A DNA stretch of 64,000 bases, from assembly GCA_040954595.2 (NCBI GenBank), contig CM082579.2:12897834-12961833 (forward strand), written 5' to 3'. Shown here one piece after another: positions 26,757 through 41,032 of this stretch (its first letter is position 1; each line of letters starts with the position of its first letter). Source of the stretch: Balanoglossus misakiensis. Its lineage: Eukaryota > Animalia > Hemichordata. The translations under genes and the position numbers were made by a program. The notes under the pieces are model-generated. The model was not told the DNA's origin, made no database searches, and worked only from the letters and a program-made list of their open reading frames with translations.

Positions 26757-29700
26757 ACCTGAATTAGGCCAAATAAAAAATTGTGTGCAAACAATCAGAC
26801 CCTGAATTTGTGGCCTTGAAAAATCCTGAGAGATCGTAAAAAAACAAATGCCATTACTGTTCGATGTTTATATTTGCGTAGGGCATACGCCATGCAATGA
26901 GTGACCTCTGTGCATTTTATCATATTGGTTACAAGTAAATAAACATGCTCTAGTGACGAGTTCAATGCTTGCGTGTTTACCTGATGTAGTGCGATCCATG
27001 ATCATTCTCAACCCGAAGTGTTAGCCTGAGTGTATTTTCCTAATAAGTTGACAAGATTGCATGTACCTGATCATAATCTGATGTACACTTCGTCGATGAT
27101 AACATGTTAATTAATATGATAAGCCGGTCAGAAGGTGTGAATCAAAATGATACAATTTTGCCCATAGACAAACCATTGGTGAAAAATGCTGAGTTATCAG
27201 TTTTCTTCTATTATTGACTAAATTCGTGGCTCTGTATTTCATCAACAAGCACAGTGACCCCTATATTTTATTACGGATTTTCATTATACATACAAAGGAG
27301 AATCCAAAAATCCACACAATAAAAAGAAGATAATATTTTCAATTTTACTGAACGTACATCCTCTTTTAACGTAGCAAATGCAAGCTGCTAGAAATGTGTA
27401 CAAATACGTGAAGTATACACCATCTTATCCACCAGTTCAATTTATGTCTATTATCGTCGCATTTGTAACTTGCTTGTCTACGAATTTAAACGTATGACCC
27501 CCCATTTGACAGACTGTTGGTAGACCGTTTAAGCGTATGAAAAAGATTTGACACTCGGTTCTTGTCATCGTAAGCCTTATTTTATAAATAAATAAATTGG
27601 TTACTATTGGGTTTCTAACCCGGCAGTGATGAAGGTAGAGAGCAGTCATCTCTCCCCCCCCCCCCCCTCGGTTCTCTAAAATAAATATGTGTGTAAATCG
27701 ACGTACATAGCCATATGCTCCTATAACCCAAGGAAATGAAGGATTTTGCATGAAGACTGTGGTGAAACGCACAGTTAAGTTCAAGTAATCAAAATATTTT
27801 GTGGCTCTATATACCGGTACAAGTCCCTGGACTGTGCTCAATGTCACCGCACCTAGTATTAGTCAAATATTAACTCACATGGAATATGTCATCTTAATCT
27901 TTCTTACACATGAACTTCAAGCGTACGAGTTACACAATCATGATTACTCTGGGTCAAGTACCTCTGTCAACATTGGCCTGATACCTTGTCTGCGTTTAGC
28001 CCGGGTTGCAGGTATGTGTGTGCCCGGCCTCATTGGCTAGCGTAACGTCCCACCGGGAACAAAGACTGCGTAGCTTCTAGATCTAGATGAACGCCTGTGT
28101 CTCCCGCGGCCGACTGATCGTCTACTGGTTTTAGTAATTGTTGTCCTAGCTTTGTGATGTGAGTGTGTCGTTGTACAAAAGGTGGAGAGAGCGTGGAGAG
28201 AGAACTGTTTTTCGAGGGAAAATTAAATACGTGTACCGGTAGTTTTACGTCTAATAAATAAATAATTAAATTATTCCAGTATAAGAACATTTCTAGTTCT
28301 TTATAGGCCCAAAGGCTTTCGACACGTGCAGGAATGCGATGGGAGCTCGCTTGTTCTCGACCTGTTTGCGAGAGAACATGGTCTGATAGAACTGAAACCA
28401 GATACCATTTGCGACCATACACAAAGTGGTCTTCTGGAGCACAGGTATGTTCATGTTAAATGATGAAATAGAAGGCGGGGGAGGCGGGAAACGAACTTCC
28501 TGCCAACCACGATAAATATAGAGGCCTCTATATGGCATGTACAGTTAGCACATTACTAGTCTACAGAGACACAGTCATGTTCACTGAAATCAGATCACAT
28601 ATACTCACAATTCCGCCTGATCACGGTCACTCCACACACACACTGTGGCCTGATCAATCCCACAGAACTATTTAAAGGCCGCAAGAAACAGACATTCCTA
28701 TACATATCCAACAAAACTTGATTGGTCTGACGTTTTTATATAAAACTTGAATCAAAATATCTTCAAATACTACCGACGTGCTCATTTGGCGTTGAACAAG
28801 TTTCTGTGCTTCAATAGTCTCGGCCATTCAGATTATCTGTCTAGCTTTTTAAATAAAATCAACTGTAATAAGTGGATGTTGAAGTTTCTCAAGGACGTTT
28901 CTCCCAGGCTGCCATATCTCGACACAAGAAGCGTCCTCGAGGACTAGCCCTGCGAACAGGTCTGTTTGTTCCCGGCGTTACACGGAAGCCTGAGAGCAGC
29001 ACATGATACAGCCTTGTATAACGAACTGAAACTCATTTCTTTTACAAAATTAACAAAAAAACACGGATTCCCAGGTTTATCTGTCCCATCGACACAAAAT
29101 GCAAAAACAAAAAAATCAAAATTAGTCGAACGTATTCCTGTTTTTGCAATCTACGCGCTGCTTGGCAAAGCACGGTACAGGCCGGGGGACCATAGGATGA
29201 TGATAATAATAAAAAAAATGTAAAACAAACAACAAAACAATGTGTCATTTCTTGCTGTTTGTCGATGTTGCAGATAACTGTAAAAAAAAACATAATCGTG
29301 GAAAACACGACCTAGGTAGCCCAACGTCACTACTGTCTTATATACAGGCAAGGGTGGAATCGACATGCCTTGATCTCGGCTCATGGGCCACCTTCAAGGC
29401 CCTGAAAAATCACCCCATTCACCAGCGAGCGATTAAATTATGCCACCATAGGCACTGAAATTTACCTCACTGACCTATTTGGGGTTTCACTTGATCTATT
29501 GACCTGCAAACGAGTGGAAAAACGTCGATTTCCAAGTCGTACCCAGTCAAATTCAATCACATTTCAACTTCACCACCGATGTTGCCGGCTATGTTATCAC
29601 TGCCTATTTAAATTGACCAATCGGGCGCCCTGTAAAGGCTGCCTCGGCCACCCGATTTACTGCTCAACTCGTACGAGTACGTGTAACTGCGTTCAAAATA

Positions 29701-32700
29701 ACGCAAAAAGAAGCAAAACCGTAAGAGTGATACAGATAAACGGATACTTCCCAACTCTTTGTCAGACAATCTGCCGTTTTACGTTAGAACGTACACTTCC
29801 GGGTATTTAATCAGGTGGCTGCGTTTTTGTTAATTCAGTTCAGTGCATCTATTACAGAGGAACTGTGTTTAGCAATAAGTATTGGTCAAAATACAAGCAT
29901 GCATGAAAAGTGAACCATTGTCCGAATTAATAATGAATAAAAAGTTTGATCACCAATGAATACTCAAGCTTGCGTAAAACGCGGACGAGATGACGCATGT
30001 TTTTGTAAAAGAAAACCTAAACATGAACTTAATAACCATTTTACGACACACATGTTATACAATAGTACCGTACACTACCCACATTACATGTAGTCACCAG
30101 AGGGTCCACTCTACGTCGCAAAACGCTGGCTGTTTTGCGACCTTTTACGACGTCCACCTCAAGTACGTGTAATCACCCGCACCGCTTGCAGTCACTAAAC
30201 GCCGTCAACCGTGTGCATGATACGTTTGTTTTAACATCAGACAAAGCAAAAGAAGTTGTTGCAGAAACTTAACTTTCTTAACAGAAAGCATAGCTAATGC
30301 AGTCAGTCAATAACAGAGTCGCAATCGACACGTTCTAATAGTGTACCCCGCCGATGCTAGTGTACATGCAGTTTTTCATTTTAAGGCCTATCGATCTCTG
30401 TAGAAGTCCCTCAAGCTGGCAAGACACTGTGGTCAACAAATCAAGGAGCGCATTGCTATAATCATGGCCGGAATAATTCATCGTCAATATAATCCACTAA
30501 TTAACTAATCCTGTCGGCAAACTGACTTCATTTACACTTCGCCACAAATTTACCTATAGGTGGCTCGAGAGATTCGAAACCAAGAACCACGGGGTGGGAA
30601 TGTATTCTTCTTTTGTATCAGCTTCATCACTTTATTCAGGATTCATAGACAAGTGACTTCAACAAATCTTCCAACGACGCGTTGGTTTCGTGTGCGACCA
30701 GTTCTGTTGTTGCAACACAAGCTTAACCAATGTGACTTTAGTAAAATATTAAGGTGAAGACTGGACAGGAACAGAAACTAGCGGTAAGGTATCCCGACAC
30801 CCTAACAATGCCTGCACAAAACACTTTTACGGTATACCGGTAAGAGTGAGTACGGTAAAATTTACTACCCCCGTTATCGCCCAGCGATTGTATAAATTAG
30901 CACGTTTAAATTTGAACATGATAAGTCGCAATTTAATTGAAATACAATTTCAATGCCGGTCGTAAGGTAACGTGGAAACCTACTTTTTTTTTTTGGATAG
31001 CATCAAATGAAACGTGATATTCACGTCGGGAAGTGAAACAAACAATAAAGAGTATCGGCATACTGGTATAACACCCAGACCGTAAAATCAAAGTACCCCA
31101 AACATCAAGTTTTAATAGTAGACTTCATAATTTCGCTCATATTGCATTTATATACAACTCGATAGAGATATTTTAAAATTTGCGTTGCCGACATCGCCGA
31201 CATCGGCAAAGCTTGCATCACCAACTCGCGTGAAAATTCAAAAACTACTCGGGTCGGTAACGACTTACACCAAGTTGAGTTTATACCAAGTATTGCACAG
31301 AGAAGTGAATACACAACCGTCTATAAGAACCATGTAAATTTTGACTGGTCGACGAATAACACGTATGAAACCGCTCTAAAGAAATATTGAAATTTAAAGC
31401 GAAATGTCGAATGAGTAAAGTTTACAAATCATTTTTCCCTATTCAGTGTATTAGTATTCCACACATGAAATCAAGGCATCTCCTCTCCGGAGTTATAGTA
31501 TTGTGGAAAAACATAGAATAATTTGTCATATGATGAAATAGATCAGACTAAAAGTAAACACTGAAATGGCGATGGAATACCTTTGCACTAGAACAGACTT
31601 GCCAAAAAAGAAAAAAGAAAACTTTTTTTACAAAACCCGGTTTTTGGACGCTTTGTCAAGCGACTTCCACCATGATTGTCAACCGTCGCTTCCATCATCA
31701 TTCTCCGTAACATAGACTAATGAGCCGGACTCCGGGCAATGAAGCAACCACAAATGTACAATTTTCTACAAAACGTTTTTGTAGGAGTGAGCAGATAAGA
31801 TTAAAATAACGGACATACCGGTAGTGTCATTTGGAGAAGCTGTCAGTAGTGGATTAACGGTCCTGTGTTTGCTGTATAAATAAACCAAGCTAATAATTGT
31901 ACTCTGTCCATTTATGGTGGCGATTTTTTTTTCCGATTTCCCCCAATTTATGAACTTGCAAAACGTTTAGGTGAAAATAACTTAGTCTCAATAAGGACTT
32001 TTTTGGTCGTTTTTTTTCAACTTAAAGTGCCGTTCGCATAAATCATTTGTTTTTTTTTGTGTTACGTTTTTGGCTTAGGTGTGCAACTTGAAGGAGTGTC
32101 ACTGAGCAACGCATGAACAGATTGTTGTGATGTTTGGCCTGAATACAATGTACATGTACTGTAAAACACTTTATTTTCGCGAGTTAAATTTTTCGTGAGT
32201 TTCACGAGTATTAATTTTCACGTTCTCTTATTTCATTCACTGCCTCGTTATCTTCAAAAAAATTACGCGACTTTTTATTTTCACGCTATTTTGGGTCGCG
32301 GAAATTTTTTGCTCGCGATCAAATTTCCAATCACGATATGAAAGAAATCTTATGCGAAAACCTTACAAAAGTGAATTTCAAAATTCCAATGGGAGGTATT
32401 TTCTCACAATATATAAAGCTTTCTATTGCCAGGATCAGACTGTCTTTTTTATTTACACTTTTTTGAGTTAAAAAACTTGAGGTGTATGTCAACCTTAGGC
32501 AAATTCTACCACAATAAGTGGCTTCTGCGAAAAAGACTTTTTGACCAAAAATAGCAACTGGTTCCCCGCAAAATAAAATAATGCAAATGTCACCAGAATT
32601 GAAATTGTATACCAAAGCAACGGACTAACAGTTTTAGAGAAAGACAATTGCGAATGTTGACAAATTGATGCTGGACAAACAGGTAATTTGATAAGCTTCA

Positions 32701-33297
32701 CATAGCTGGCAGCAGAACTGAAAAGGTCAAAAATTGTGACTTAGTTGTACCATTAATCAATGTAGATAGAATACTAAGTTTCCAAAAGCTATTGGATTTT
32801 AAAGATTCAGGTAGGCAAAGTTCAAGGTTTCATTAAAAATATTTATTTTAACAAAAAACAGTGAAGTAAATTTTAAAAACAAAAAAAAATACAAAAAACA
32901 TTAAACTGAAATGCAAATCAAATCTGTGTGTCTTCTCATGGCATGAACCGGAGACATCTGTTGGTTAAAAAAAAATAAAGTTACGAATATTGATGCATCT
33001 AGAACAGCTGTACAGCTGCATACATTAACATGTTGATCCAACTAATTTATTCATCGGGAACGTAATGGAAATCAAATTCCATGCAGGAAGTTTCTCTTTA
33101 AGCTGAAAACCCGATTTCTACTGTACATTTAGATTGTTTTTTCACTATCTCATTGATTTTGTATTTTAGATAAAATGTGTGCCCAGCAAACCAAGTTAAA
33201 AATCAAAGGAAAGTGTTCTCATGGAGTCCAGGTGTCATACTCCGAGAAGCCCAGTGGCAAGAGACAAATGCTCGTTTCGACATTCTTTTTATGCCCA

Positions 33298-36200
33298 TCA
33301 TATTGCCCGGAAAGAAAACCTAATATAGACTAATTCCAGTTCACTTAAACTGACCACACCCCCCCCCCCCCCACACACACACACACTGGGTGCATGGATG
33401 CGACACATTTTGTGCAATATCTGATACACGGTTTTTGTCTAAGCCTGAAATATATACTCAAAAAGGAGTCTGTAAGTAGTATGTAAACTCTCTACTTACT
33501 CAGCATGCTTTGACGATATCGCTCTCTCTCCGAACTCCCTCGCGTTAACCTCCATTATTGTAATAGTTTGTTGGAGCTCTTGGCATTTATTGTCCTCCAA
33601 CGGCTCCGCCAAGTATTTAACTTCCTGTTATAAAACAATAATGACAATATGTGAGTGATACTCAATCTTGCATAACAAAAAGTGTTAATGATCTACCACT
33701 AACATGCTCCTTGCATTTAAATTATATTCCCTTTCACTATCATCTCTTTTGTAGTATTCCATGTTCAGTCACTGGATCCTTTAAAACAAGACATGATATA
33801 AACTGAGTGTTCGTTTTGTTTTTATTGCAAGTTAATAACAAAGGTATATAATTGCCAGGTAAAATAACAACGAGAAGTTCCAAAAAAACTCACATTCAGT
33901 GCATCCTGCGTAAGCGTCGCAGCTAGCATGAGGCACCCCTCCGCTATGTGGTGGGGCTGGTATTGCTGCCGTACATTCATTGACAGCAAGGTTATGTCTG
34001 CCAGATACTACAACGAAATGAAAAATTAATCAAGTCATGTATACAGACAATTATGCCAACCTACTAACATCTAAGACCGAAAATAAGATTAAAAAGTTTG
34101 ATGTTGTTGGAAGTTACAGTTACAAAGCTCAAGTTTAGATGAATCTTACATTAAGTGTGTATACTTTTCAAGATTGCTTGTTTTATTTTGACTAACTTTA
34201 TTAATAAAGTGATGTGTCACTTTTTTATCATCTGTCACATCAGACTTAAATGTTTTCAATCCAAATGTCTTACCTGTGCCACTTCTCTTGTTGTCCGTTT
34301 TATTTTGGGATTTAATTCCCATAGACACCCAAGGAAGGTTGTAACAGGAACTGTTGTTAATTTGAAATTTAGTAATTTCATAATTAACAGTTCCATGTTA
34401 CAAACCTCCCTTGGGGTAAAGGCATCCGCAGTATAGTCAGAAAATGTGGATGCTACAAAAACTGGTACTTCCAGAAGTTTGCTGTTATTGAAAGAAAGAA
34501 AATACCTTAGCATTATTTAAAAATGTGTGTATAGGGATAAACTGTGTTTACGCCATCTTGAAGATTTGCAGTGCATTATGGGTCAATTGAGTTCCGGTAC
34601 GGGGGGGGGGGTAACGTCTAAAACCTATCCAATTTTCCAGCTGTTTTGTCAGATTTTCTTCAAGTAACGTTAGTAGTAGTAGTAGTTACATGAATAAAAT
34701 CTAACTAAACTGCTGGAAAATGAATAGGTTGTAGACGCTACTTCCCCCCCCCCCCGTACCGGAACTCATTTGACCCATAATGCACTGCAAATCTTCAAGA
34801 TGGCGTAAACACAGTTTATCCCTATACATTATTGTAAACAAAAAAGGCGGGTATTGATTTGTCTGGTGGGGTGCTTCAACTTGGCCAATCCACCATGGGT
34901 GTATCCCCTGCCCTATTTTCACTGTTGACTTGTTGACAACCATTTTGGTGAGATTTTTGTCTACTTACTAATGAAGATAATCACCTATGTAGACTATGTA
35001 ATGCATGTAAAAAGGGTGCTGAGCTATGGCAGGTTACAAAATAAGCTTTCTGTTGATTTCAAATCATGGATTTAGTTTGAATTTTATTTTGTTGTAGTAA
35101 TTCAACTGTTTAGGTCATAGAAAAAGACCGAATGTTGATGATTTAAGATGAAACTAACTGCCAAGGTACACAATCTTACTGTTACACAACAAAACCAAAC
35201 ACACACAATTAATGAAAGTAAATCACTACAGACTGATGCCTTACCTAGCGGTAAACAGGCTTGCCGCAGCAACCAATTGCTTGAGTTCCACATGGAACGC
35301 CCGGCACCTTGTTATGAAGCTGTCGAAGTACCATATAGCTGTGTGTACTGTCTCAGGATCAAAATTCAGTTCTGTTGCCACGGCATACATCCAGTCAACG
35401 CAGACTGCTCTGTTATTAAGGTCCCTGGATGTCAATTGCGGGTACATGCTGTACCACACCGGCACACGTTCCTGGTGGAAGAAACAATACCAGTTACACA
35501 CCATGAATCTTTGTAAACAGTTAAATCCCTTGTAGAGAACCCCCCCCCCCCAAATCACAATGGCAGTTCACAGTTCACTTCAATTCAAAGCTTGAATATT
35601 TCGAATGCAGTCCAACTCCAAAACCATTCCGCAAGCTACTGAAGTGTAACTAACTCATGGAGTGTCAAAACGTAACCCCTTATTCCTAGTGTTTAACCCA
35701 CGTTCGATAACCATTAAGCTGTGCATGTTGAAAATCACAACAGGTGTGTTTCAACACAGATTGTTTATTACATTCAGACTGTCTACTAGAAGTATGTATA
35801 CTACAAAGACTGTTTATTTCTTGTTTATTCTGTCTTGGATTTATTATCAGGTGCGAGTAAAACGAAAAGCTCGCACTAAATTAGAACTGGATTAGATCTC
35901 ACACATCGACGTATCTCGTGTTCTCATTTGGGCCATTCCGTCTCTCTCCATGTCGAACCTATCCCCAAGTGTACGCCGCACAGTACATGTTTACAACCGA
36001 CTAGTTGTTGCACTGCTCTAATACTAGATTTTATTGCACAATAGTGCAATCAAACAGACGGGAAATCCTCAACAAAGTGAATGGAAACTGATTGTGCATT
36101 CCGTTTGTCGTAATCTAGATGGATAATGTAAACATTAAATGGTTGCTTTAAACCCCATGACTGTGGTCGAGTATAAGTAAGCTTTTTTTTCATATTCGTT

Positions 36201-37455
36201 CTCACACTCTAAACTATCCGACCGTTTTCGTTTTTCGCTGGGTTTCATAAAGGGGGAAGCAAAAACACTGTACAAACACAACCGCACTAAACGACATCAT
36301 TTAAAAACCTTTCGGCCCTATTGAATAGGACTAATTCGAGCCTAATCAATCGGGCGGGAAAATGATCAAAGTCGGCCCTCCCTTTGATATGGACGGTTAA
36401 AAAATCGGTTGGCACCGTCACAAAAAGCCTATTTGGTAAAATGTAACTTGGCGGAATAAGACAAATAGGGATTGTGTATTTGGGGATAAATAAGTGCTGT
36501 TCTCGATAAAACCACTCACTTCACGGAAGGGAAATCGTCATTCAAGTATAAAATATAAAGGATATCACGACCGGACTTCAGCAAAACATTGAACAATATC
36601 AGTCAAACACACGCCACAGTGTTATAAAAAGCATTTTTCAGTCGTCCGTTCTCTTAGGGGATGCCAAAAGAAGTCCCGAATCCCTTCTTCAGTTTACAAC
36701 ACGAATCAAAACTAACTTTTCACGTTTTCTCCGAATACTTTCCTCATAAAAGGAATGCGGTAAATGGTCGACTTACCTCTGTTAACAGAAGGTTCTCCAG
36801 CACACTTTGACGATAATCTGTGTAAATTGTGAGATAAGACCATATTTTGTTATCGAGATGTCGTTCTAATAAGCGAACAAAGATTCCCCGGAGACAACCT
36901 GAAGATATTCACCCTAAAAGCACTAATTTTGATATTTTTTGTTGATGAAGCCTAATTCCCTAATTCTTATTGAGCATTGCGTTGTTTCGAGTTAAGAAAT
37001 GGTCAAACTTTTTTCACTAACTAATTGTCAAAAAGACTACAGAAAGAATCTCTTTTGTGTGGCCGAAAATAAGCTGATTAAGTGCTCCCTTCTAATTGAT
37101 TTTGAGAAACAATACTCGCATGTGGATAAATTTGCGACCGTTCTCATACGAACTCAAAGACTAACAAATCACGGGCGAAACACCACAAACACAAGAAAAT
37201 AGATGCGGTAAATGCGGTAGATCTCGCCATTAGAAATTCCATGCTGTCTATTTTAGTACTTCCGATAGAAAAACAAAGAAATAATATTCAGCGATCATAA
37301 AGTTCCTCATAATTTCTGCAACACTCTAAACGTCATGAAAAGCATTCTATTTTGCCCGCATAAGTATATCTATCTGTACACTAGTCTCACTCTTCATATA
37401 AACTCGTCGTAGAACGAAGAAGTTTCGACTTACCGTTGCTCAAAAAATGGTCCAT
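33298..37455 (-). CDS. Divergent cyclin (A/B-like cyclin box), 7 exons, ~279 aa
   Basis: Exons 37455-37434, 36898-36777, 35471-35245, 34481-34274, 34007-33894, 33624-33500, 33319-33298 have GT-AG borders and consistent phases, totalling 840 nt. Motifs: NRAVCVDWM, ETVHTAIWYFDSF, KQLVAAASLFTASKLLE, YTADAFTPREVCNMELLIMKLLNF, YLADITL, AISSKH. The first two exons are less certain. Confidence 0.82.
34528..34828. mobile_element. ~300-bp MITE in a cyclin intron
   Basis: ~120-bp inverted arms tatagggataaactgtgtttacgccatcttgaag... / ...cttcaagatggcgtaaacacagtttatccctata, with TA(TA) at both ends. Confidence 0.88.
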
Positions 37456-37992
37456 CGTTGTGAAATACGTCAGTCGAAAAAATAGAAAAATACAGGAAGG
37501 AAACTAAGGAACTAGGGAAACTTGGCGAAATGTCGAAGGGGTGGTTTTTACTGCAAGCAGCTACTGAAACTCTGACCAGTATCGCACGGTTATATACCCT
37601 GTGGTAGAGAGACGCGGCGCCGAGGCTACACCAAGGTGTAAATGCATCAGCCAATAATTTTGGATCCCGATTGTTGCAACGTTTATTTCGGTTGATATCT
37701 CCATATCAGTGTTAATCCCATAGACTTTATTTCGGCTTTGGCGAGTTGTTTTGTTTACTTTCCCACGCAAAACTAAAAAATCCAATGATTGAAAGTCCAG
37801 AGTATACAGAATATTGAAAGCACTTTTTCACTGAAAAGCGACCGAAAATGCACATTGGTGTCTTCTATGATGCCCTTCCTCTATAGTTGACGGTTTAATG
37901 ATTAATGACAACAACTTTTACACCGTTAGAGATCGGAATACTTTTTTACAAAGCTGGGACACAGCAACTGTTCATTTGGTAACATTTATGGC

Positions 37993-40900
37993 ATGAAGGC
38001 GCGACATTGCACATTTATACGATATCGGATATTTATCGTCTAGTATCGACACTAGAAAATATCGCTTATATCCTCCAGTATCGTCTAATTTATTTCACTG
38101 GACCTGTGCCGACCATGGCATGTTCACCAAGAAAAATATCGTCTAGTATCGTCTAATTTGAAAGTTGTTGTTTAAGTACAGTCTACTTTAACGTTTTAGA
38201 CGATACTAGACTCTAGTATCGATAGTATCGATACTATCGGATATTTTTGAGGTCCGACATAGTCAGGAAGCAGGCAAATTGTTGTTAAAGTACAGTCTAA
38301 TTTAACGTTTTTAGACGATACTAGACTCTAGTATCGATAGTATCGATACTATCGGATATTTTTTAGGTCCGACATAGTCGGGAAGCAGGCAAAGTTGTTG
38401 TTAAAGTACAGTCTACTTTAACGTTTTAGACGATACTAGACTCTAGTATCGATAGTATCGATACTATCGGATATTTTTGAGGTCTGACATAGTCGGGAAG
38501 CAGGCGAAGTTGTTGTTAAAGCACAGTATCGTCTAATTTCTTTGACTAGACACCCTTGTCGCTCATTACATGTAAACCATCATTGGACAAATGTCGTATG
38601 CTCACCAAGAAAAATATCCGATACTATCGATACTATCGATACTAGAGTCTAGTATCGTCTAATTTTTTTGACTAGACACCCTTGTCGCCCATTACATGTA
38701 AACCATCATCGGACAAATGTCGTATGCTCACCAAGAAAAATATCCGATACTATCGATACTATCGATACTAGAGTCTAGTATCGTCTAATTTCTTTGACTA
38801 GACACCCTTGTCGCCCATTACATGTAAACCATCATTGGACAAATGTCGTATGCTCACCAAGAAAAATATCCGATACTATCGATACTATCGATACTAGAGT
38901 CTAGTATCGTCTAATTTCTTTGACTAGACACCCTTGTCGCCCATTACATGTAAACCATCATTGGACAAATGTCGTATGCTCACCAAGAAAAATATCCGAT
39001 ACTATCGATACTATCGATACTAGAGTCTAGTATCGTCTAATTTTTTTGACTAGACACCCTTGTCGCCCATTACATGTAAACCATCATTGGACACATGTGG
39101 CAAAGTTGTTGTTAAAGTAAAGTCTAGTTTAACGTTTTAGACGATACTAGACTCGATACTAGTATCGATACTATCGATACTATCGGATATTTTTGAGGTC
39201 CGACATAGTCGGGAAGCAGGCAAAGTTGTTGTTAAAGCACAGTATCGTCTAATTTCTTTGACTAGACACCCTTGTCGCCCATTACATGTAAACCATCATT
39301 GGACAAATGTCGTATGCTCACCAAGAAAAATATCCGATACTATCGATACTATCGATACTAGAGTCTAGTATCGTCTAATTTTTTTGACTAGACATCCTTG
39401 TCGCCCATTACATGTAAACCATCAGTGGACACATGTGGCAAAGTTGTTGTTAAAGTAAAGTCCAGTTTAACGTTTTAGACGATACTAGACTCTAGTATCG
39501 ATAGTATCGATACTATCGGATATTTTTGAGGTCCGACATAGTCGGGAAGCAGGCAAAGTTGTTGTTAAAGTACAGTCTAGTTTAACGTTTTAGACGATAC
39601 TAGACTCTAGTATCGATAGTATCGATACTATCGGATATTTTTGAGGTCTGACATAGTCGGGAAGCAGGCAAAGTTGTTGTTAAAGTACAGTCTAGTTTAA
39701 CGTTTTAGACGATACTAGACTCTAGTATCGATAGTATCGATACTATCGGATATTTTTGAGGTCCGACATAGTCGGGAAGCAGGCAAAGTTGTTGTTAAAG
39801 TACAGTCTAGTTTAACGTTTTAGACGATACTAGACTCTAGTATCGATAGTATCGATACTATCGGATATTTTTGAGGTCCGACATAGTCGGGAGGCAGGCA
39901 AAGTTGTTGTTAAAGTAAAGTCTAGTTTAACGTTTTAGACGATACTAGACTCTAGTATCGATACTATCGGATATTTTTGAGGTCCGACATAGTCGGGAAG
40001 CAGGCAAAATTGTTGTTAAAGTAAAGTCTAGTTTAACGTTTTAGACGATACTAGACTCTAGTATCGATAGTATCGATACTATCGGATATTTTTGAGGTCT
40101 GACATAGTCGGGAAGCAGGCAAAGTTGTTGTTAAAGTACAGTCTAGTTTAACGTTTTAGACGATACTACACTCTAGTATCGATAGTATCGATACTATCGG
40201 ATATTTTTGAGGTCCGACATAGTCGGGAAGCAGGCAAAGTTGTTGTTAAAGTACAGTCTAGTTTAACGTTTTAGACGATACTAGACTCTAGTATCGATAG
40301 TATCGATACTATCGGATATTTTTGAGGTCTGACATAGTCGGGAAGCAGGCAAAGTTGTTGTTAAAGTACAGTCTAGTTTAACGTTTTAGACGATACTAGA
40401 CTCTAGTATCGATAGTATCGATACTATCGGATATTTTTGAGGTCCGACATAGTCGGGAAGCAGGCAAAGTTGTTGTTAAAGTACAGTCTAGTTTAACGTT
40501 TTAGACGATACTAGACTCTAGTATCGATAGTATCGATACTATCGGATATTTTTGAGGTCCGACATAGTCGGGAGGCAGGCAAAGTTGTTGTTAAAGTAAA
40601 GTCTAGTTTAACGTTTTAGACGATACTAGACTCTAGTATCGATAGTATCGATACTATCGGATATTTTTGAGGTCCGACATAGTCGGGAAGCAGGCAAAAT
40701 TGTTGTTAAAGTAAAGTCTAGTTTAACGTTTTAGACGATACTAGACTCTAGTATCGATAGTATCGATACTATCGGATATTTTTGAGGTCTGACATAGTCG
40801 GGAAGCAGGCAAAGTTGTTGTTAAAGTACAGTCTAGTTTAACGTTTTAGACGATACTACACTCTAGTATCGATAGTATCGATACTATCGGATATTTTTGA

Positions 40901-41032
40901 GGTCCGACTAAGGTCCGACATAGTCGGGAAGTAGGCAAAGTTGTTGTTAAAGTACAGTCTAGTTTAATGTTTTAGACGATACTAGACGATAAATATCCGA
41001 TATCGTATAAATGTGCAATGTCGCGCTGTCCT
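37993..41032. mobile_element. 3-kb non-autonomous foldback element filled with 115-bp and 126-bp tandem arrays
   Basis: 50-bp perfect inverted repeat gcgcgacattgcacatttatacgatatcggatatttatcgtctagtatcg starting at 37999 and ending at 41026. Flanking direct repeat catttatggc at 37983-92 and 41033-42. Empty-site paralogues at 50411 and 55844. Confidence 0.9.

Noticed and set aside
28747-28947. TPR-like YYRRAHLALNKF in a 66-aa ORF
   Set aside because: It is a single short resemblance with a non-ATG start and no exon structure.
30558-30600. B-box-like sequence suggesting a tRNA or SINE
   Set aside because: No cloverleaf or A box could be supported.
32158-32360. TACTGTAAAA...TTTTCGCG MITE-like end (similar lone ends at ~4361, ~26766 and ~46743)
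   Set aside because: No partner TIR or TSD was found, so boundaries cannot be supported.
33704-33778. Possible extra cyclin exon (AG...GT bounded)
   Set aside because: It has stops in all three frames, and skipping it gives cyclin A-like spacing.
36353-36362. E2F-like GGCGGGAAAA as the cyclin promoter
   Set aside because: It falls in intron 2 of the final gene model.
38160-40990. CRISPR-like appearance of regularly spaced palindromes
   Set aside because: The intervening sequences are identical rather than unique spacers, there are no cas genes, and the context is eukaryotic.
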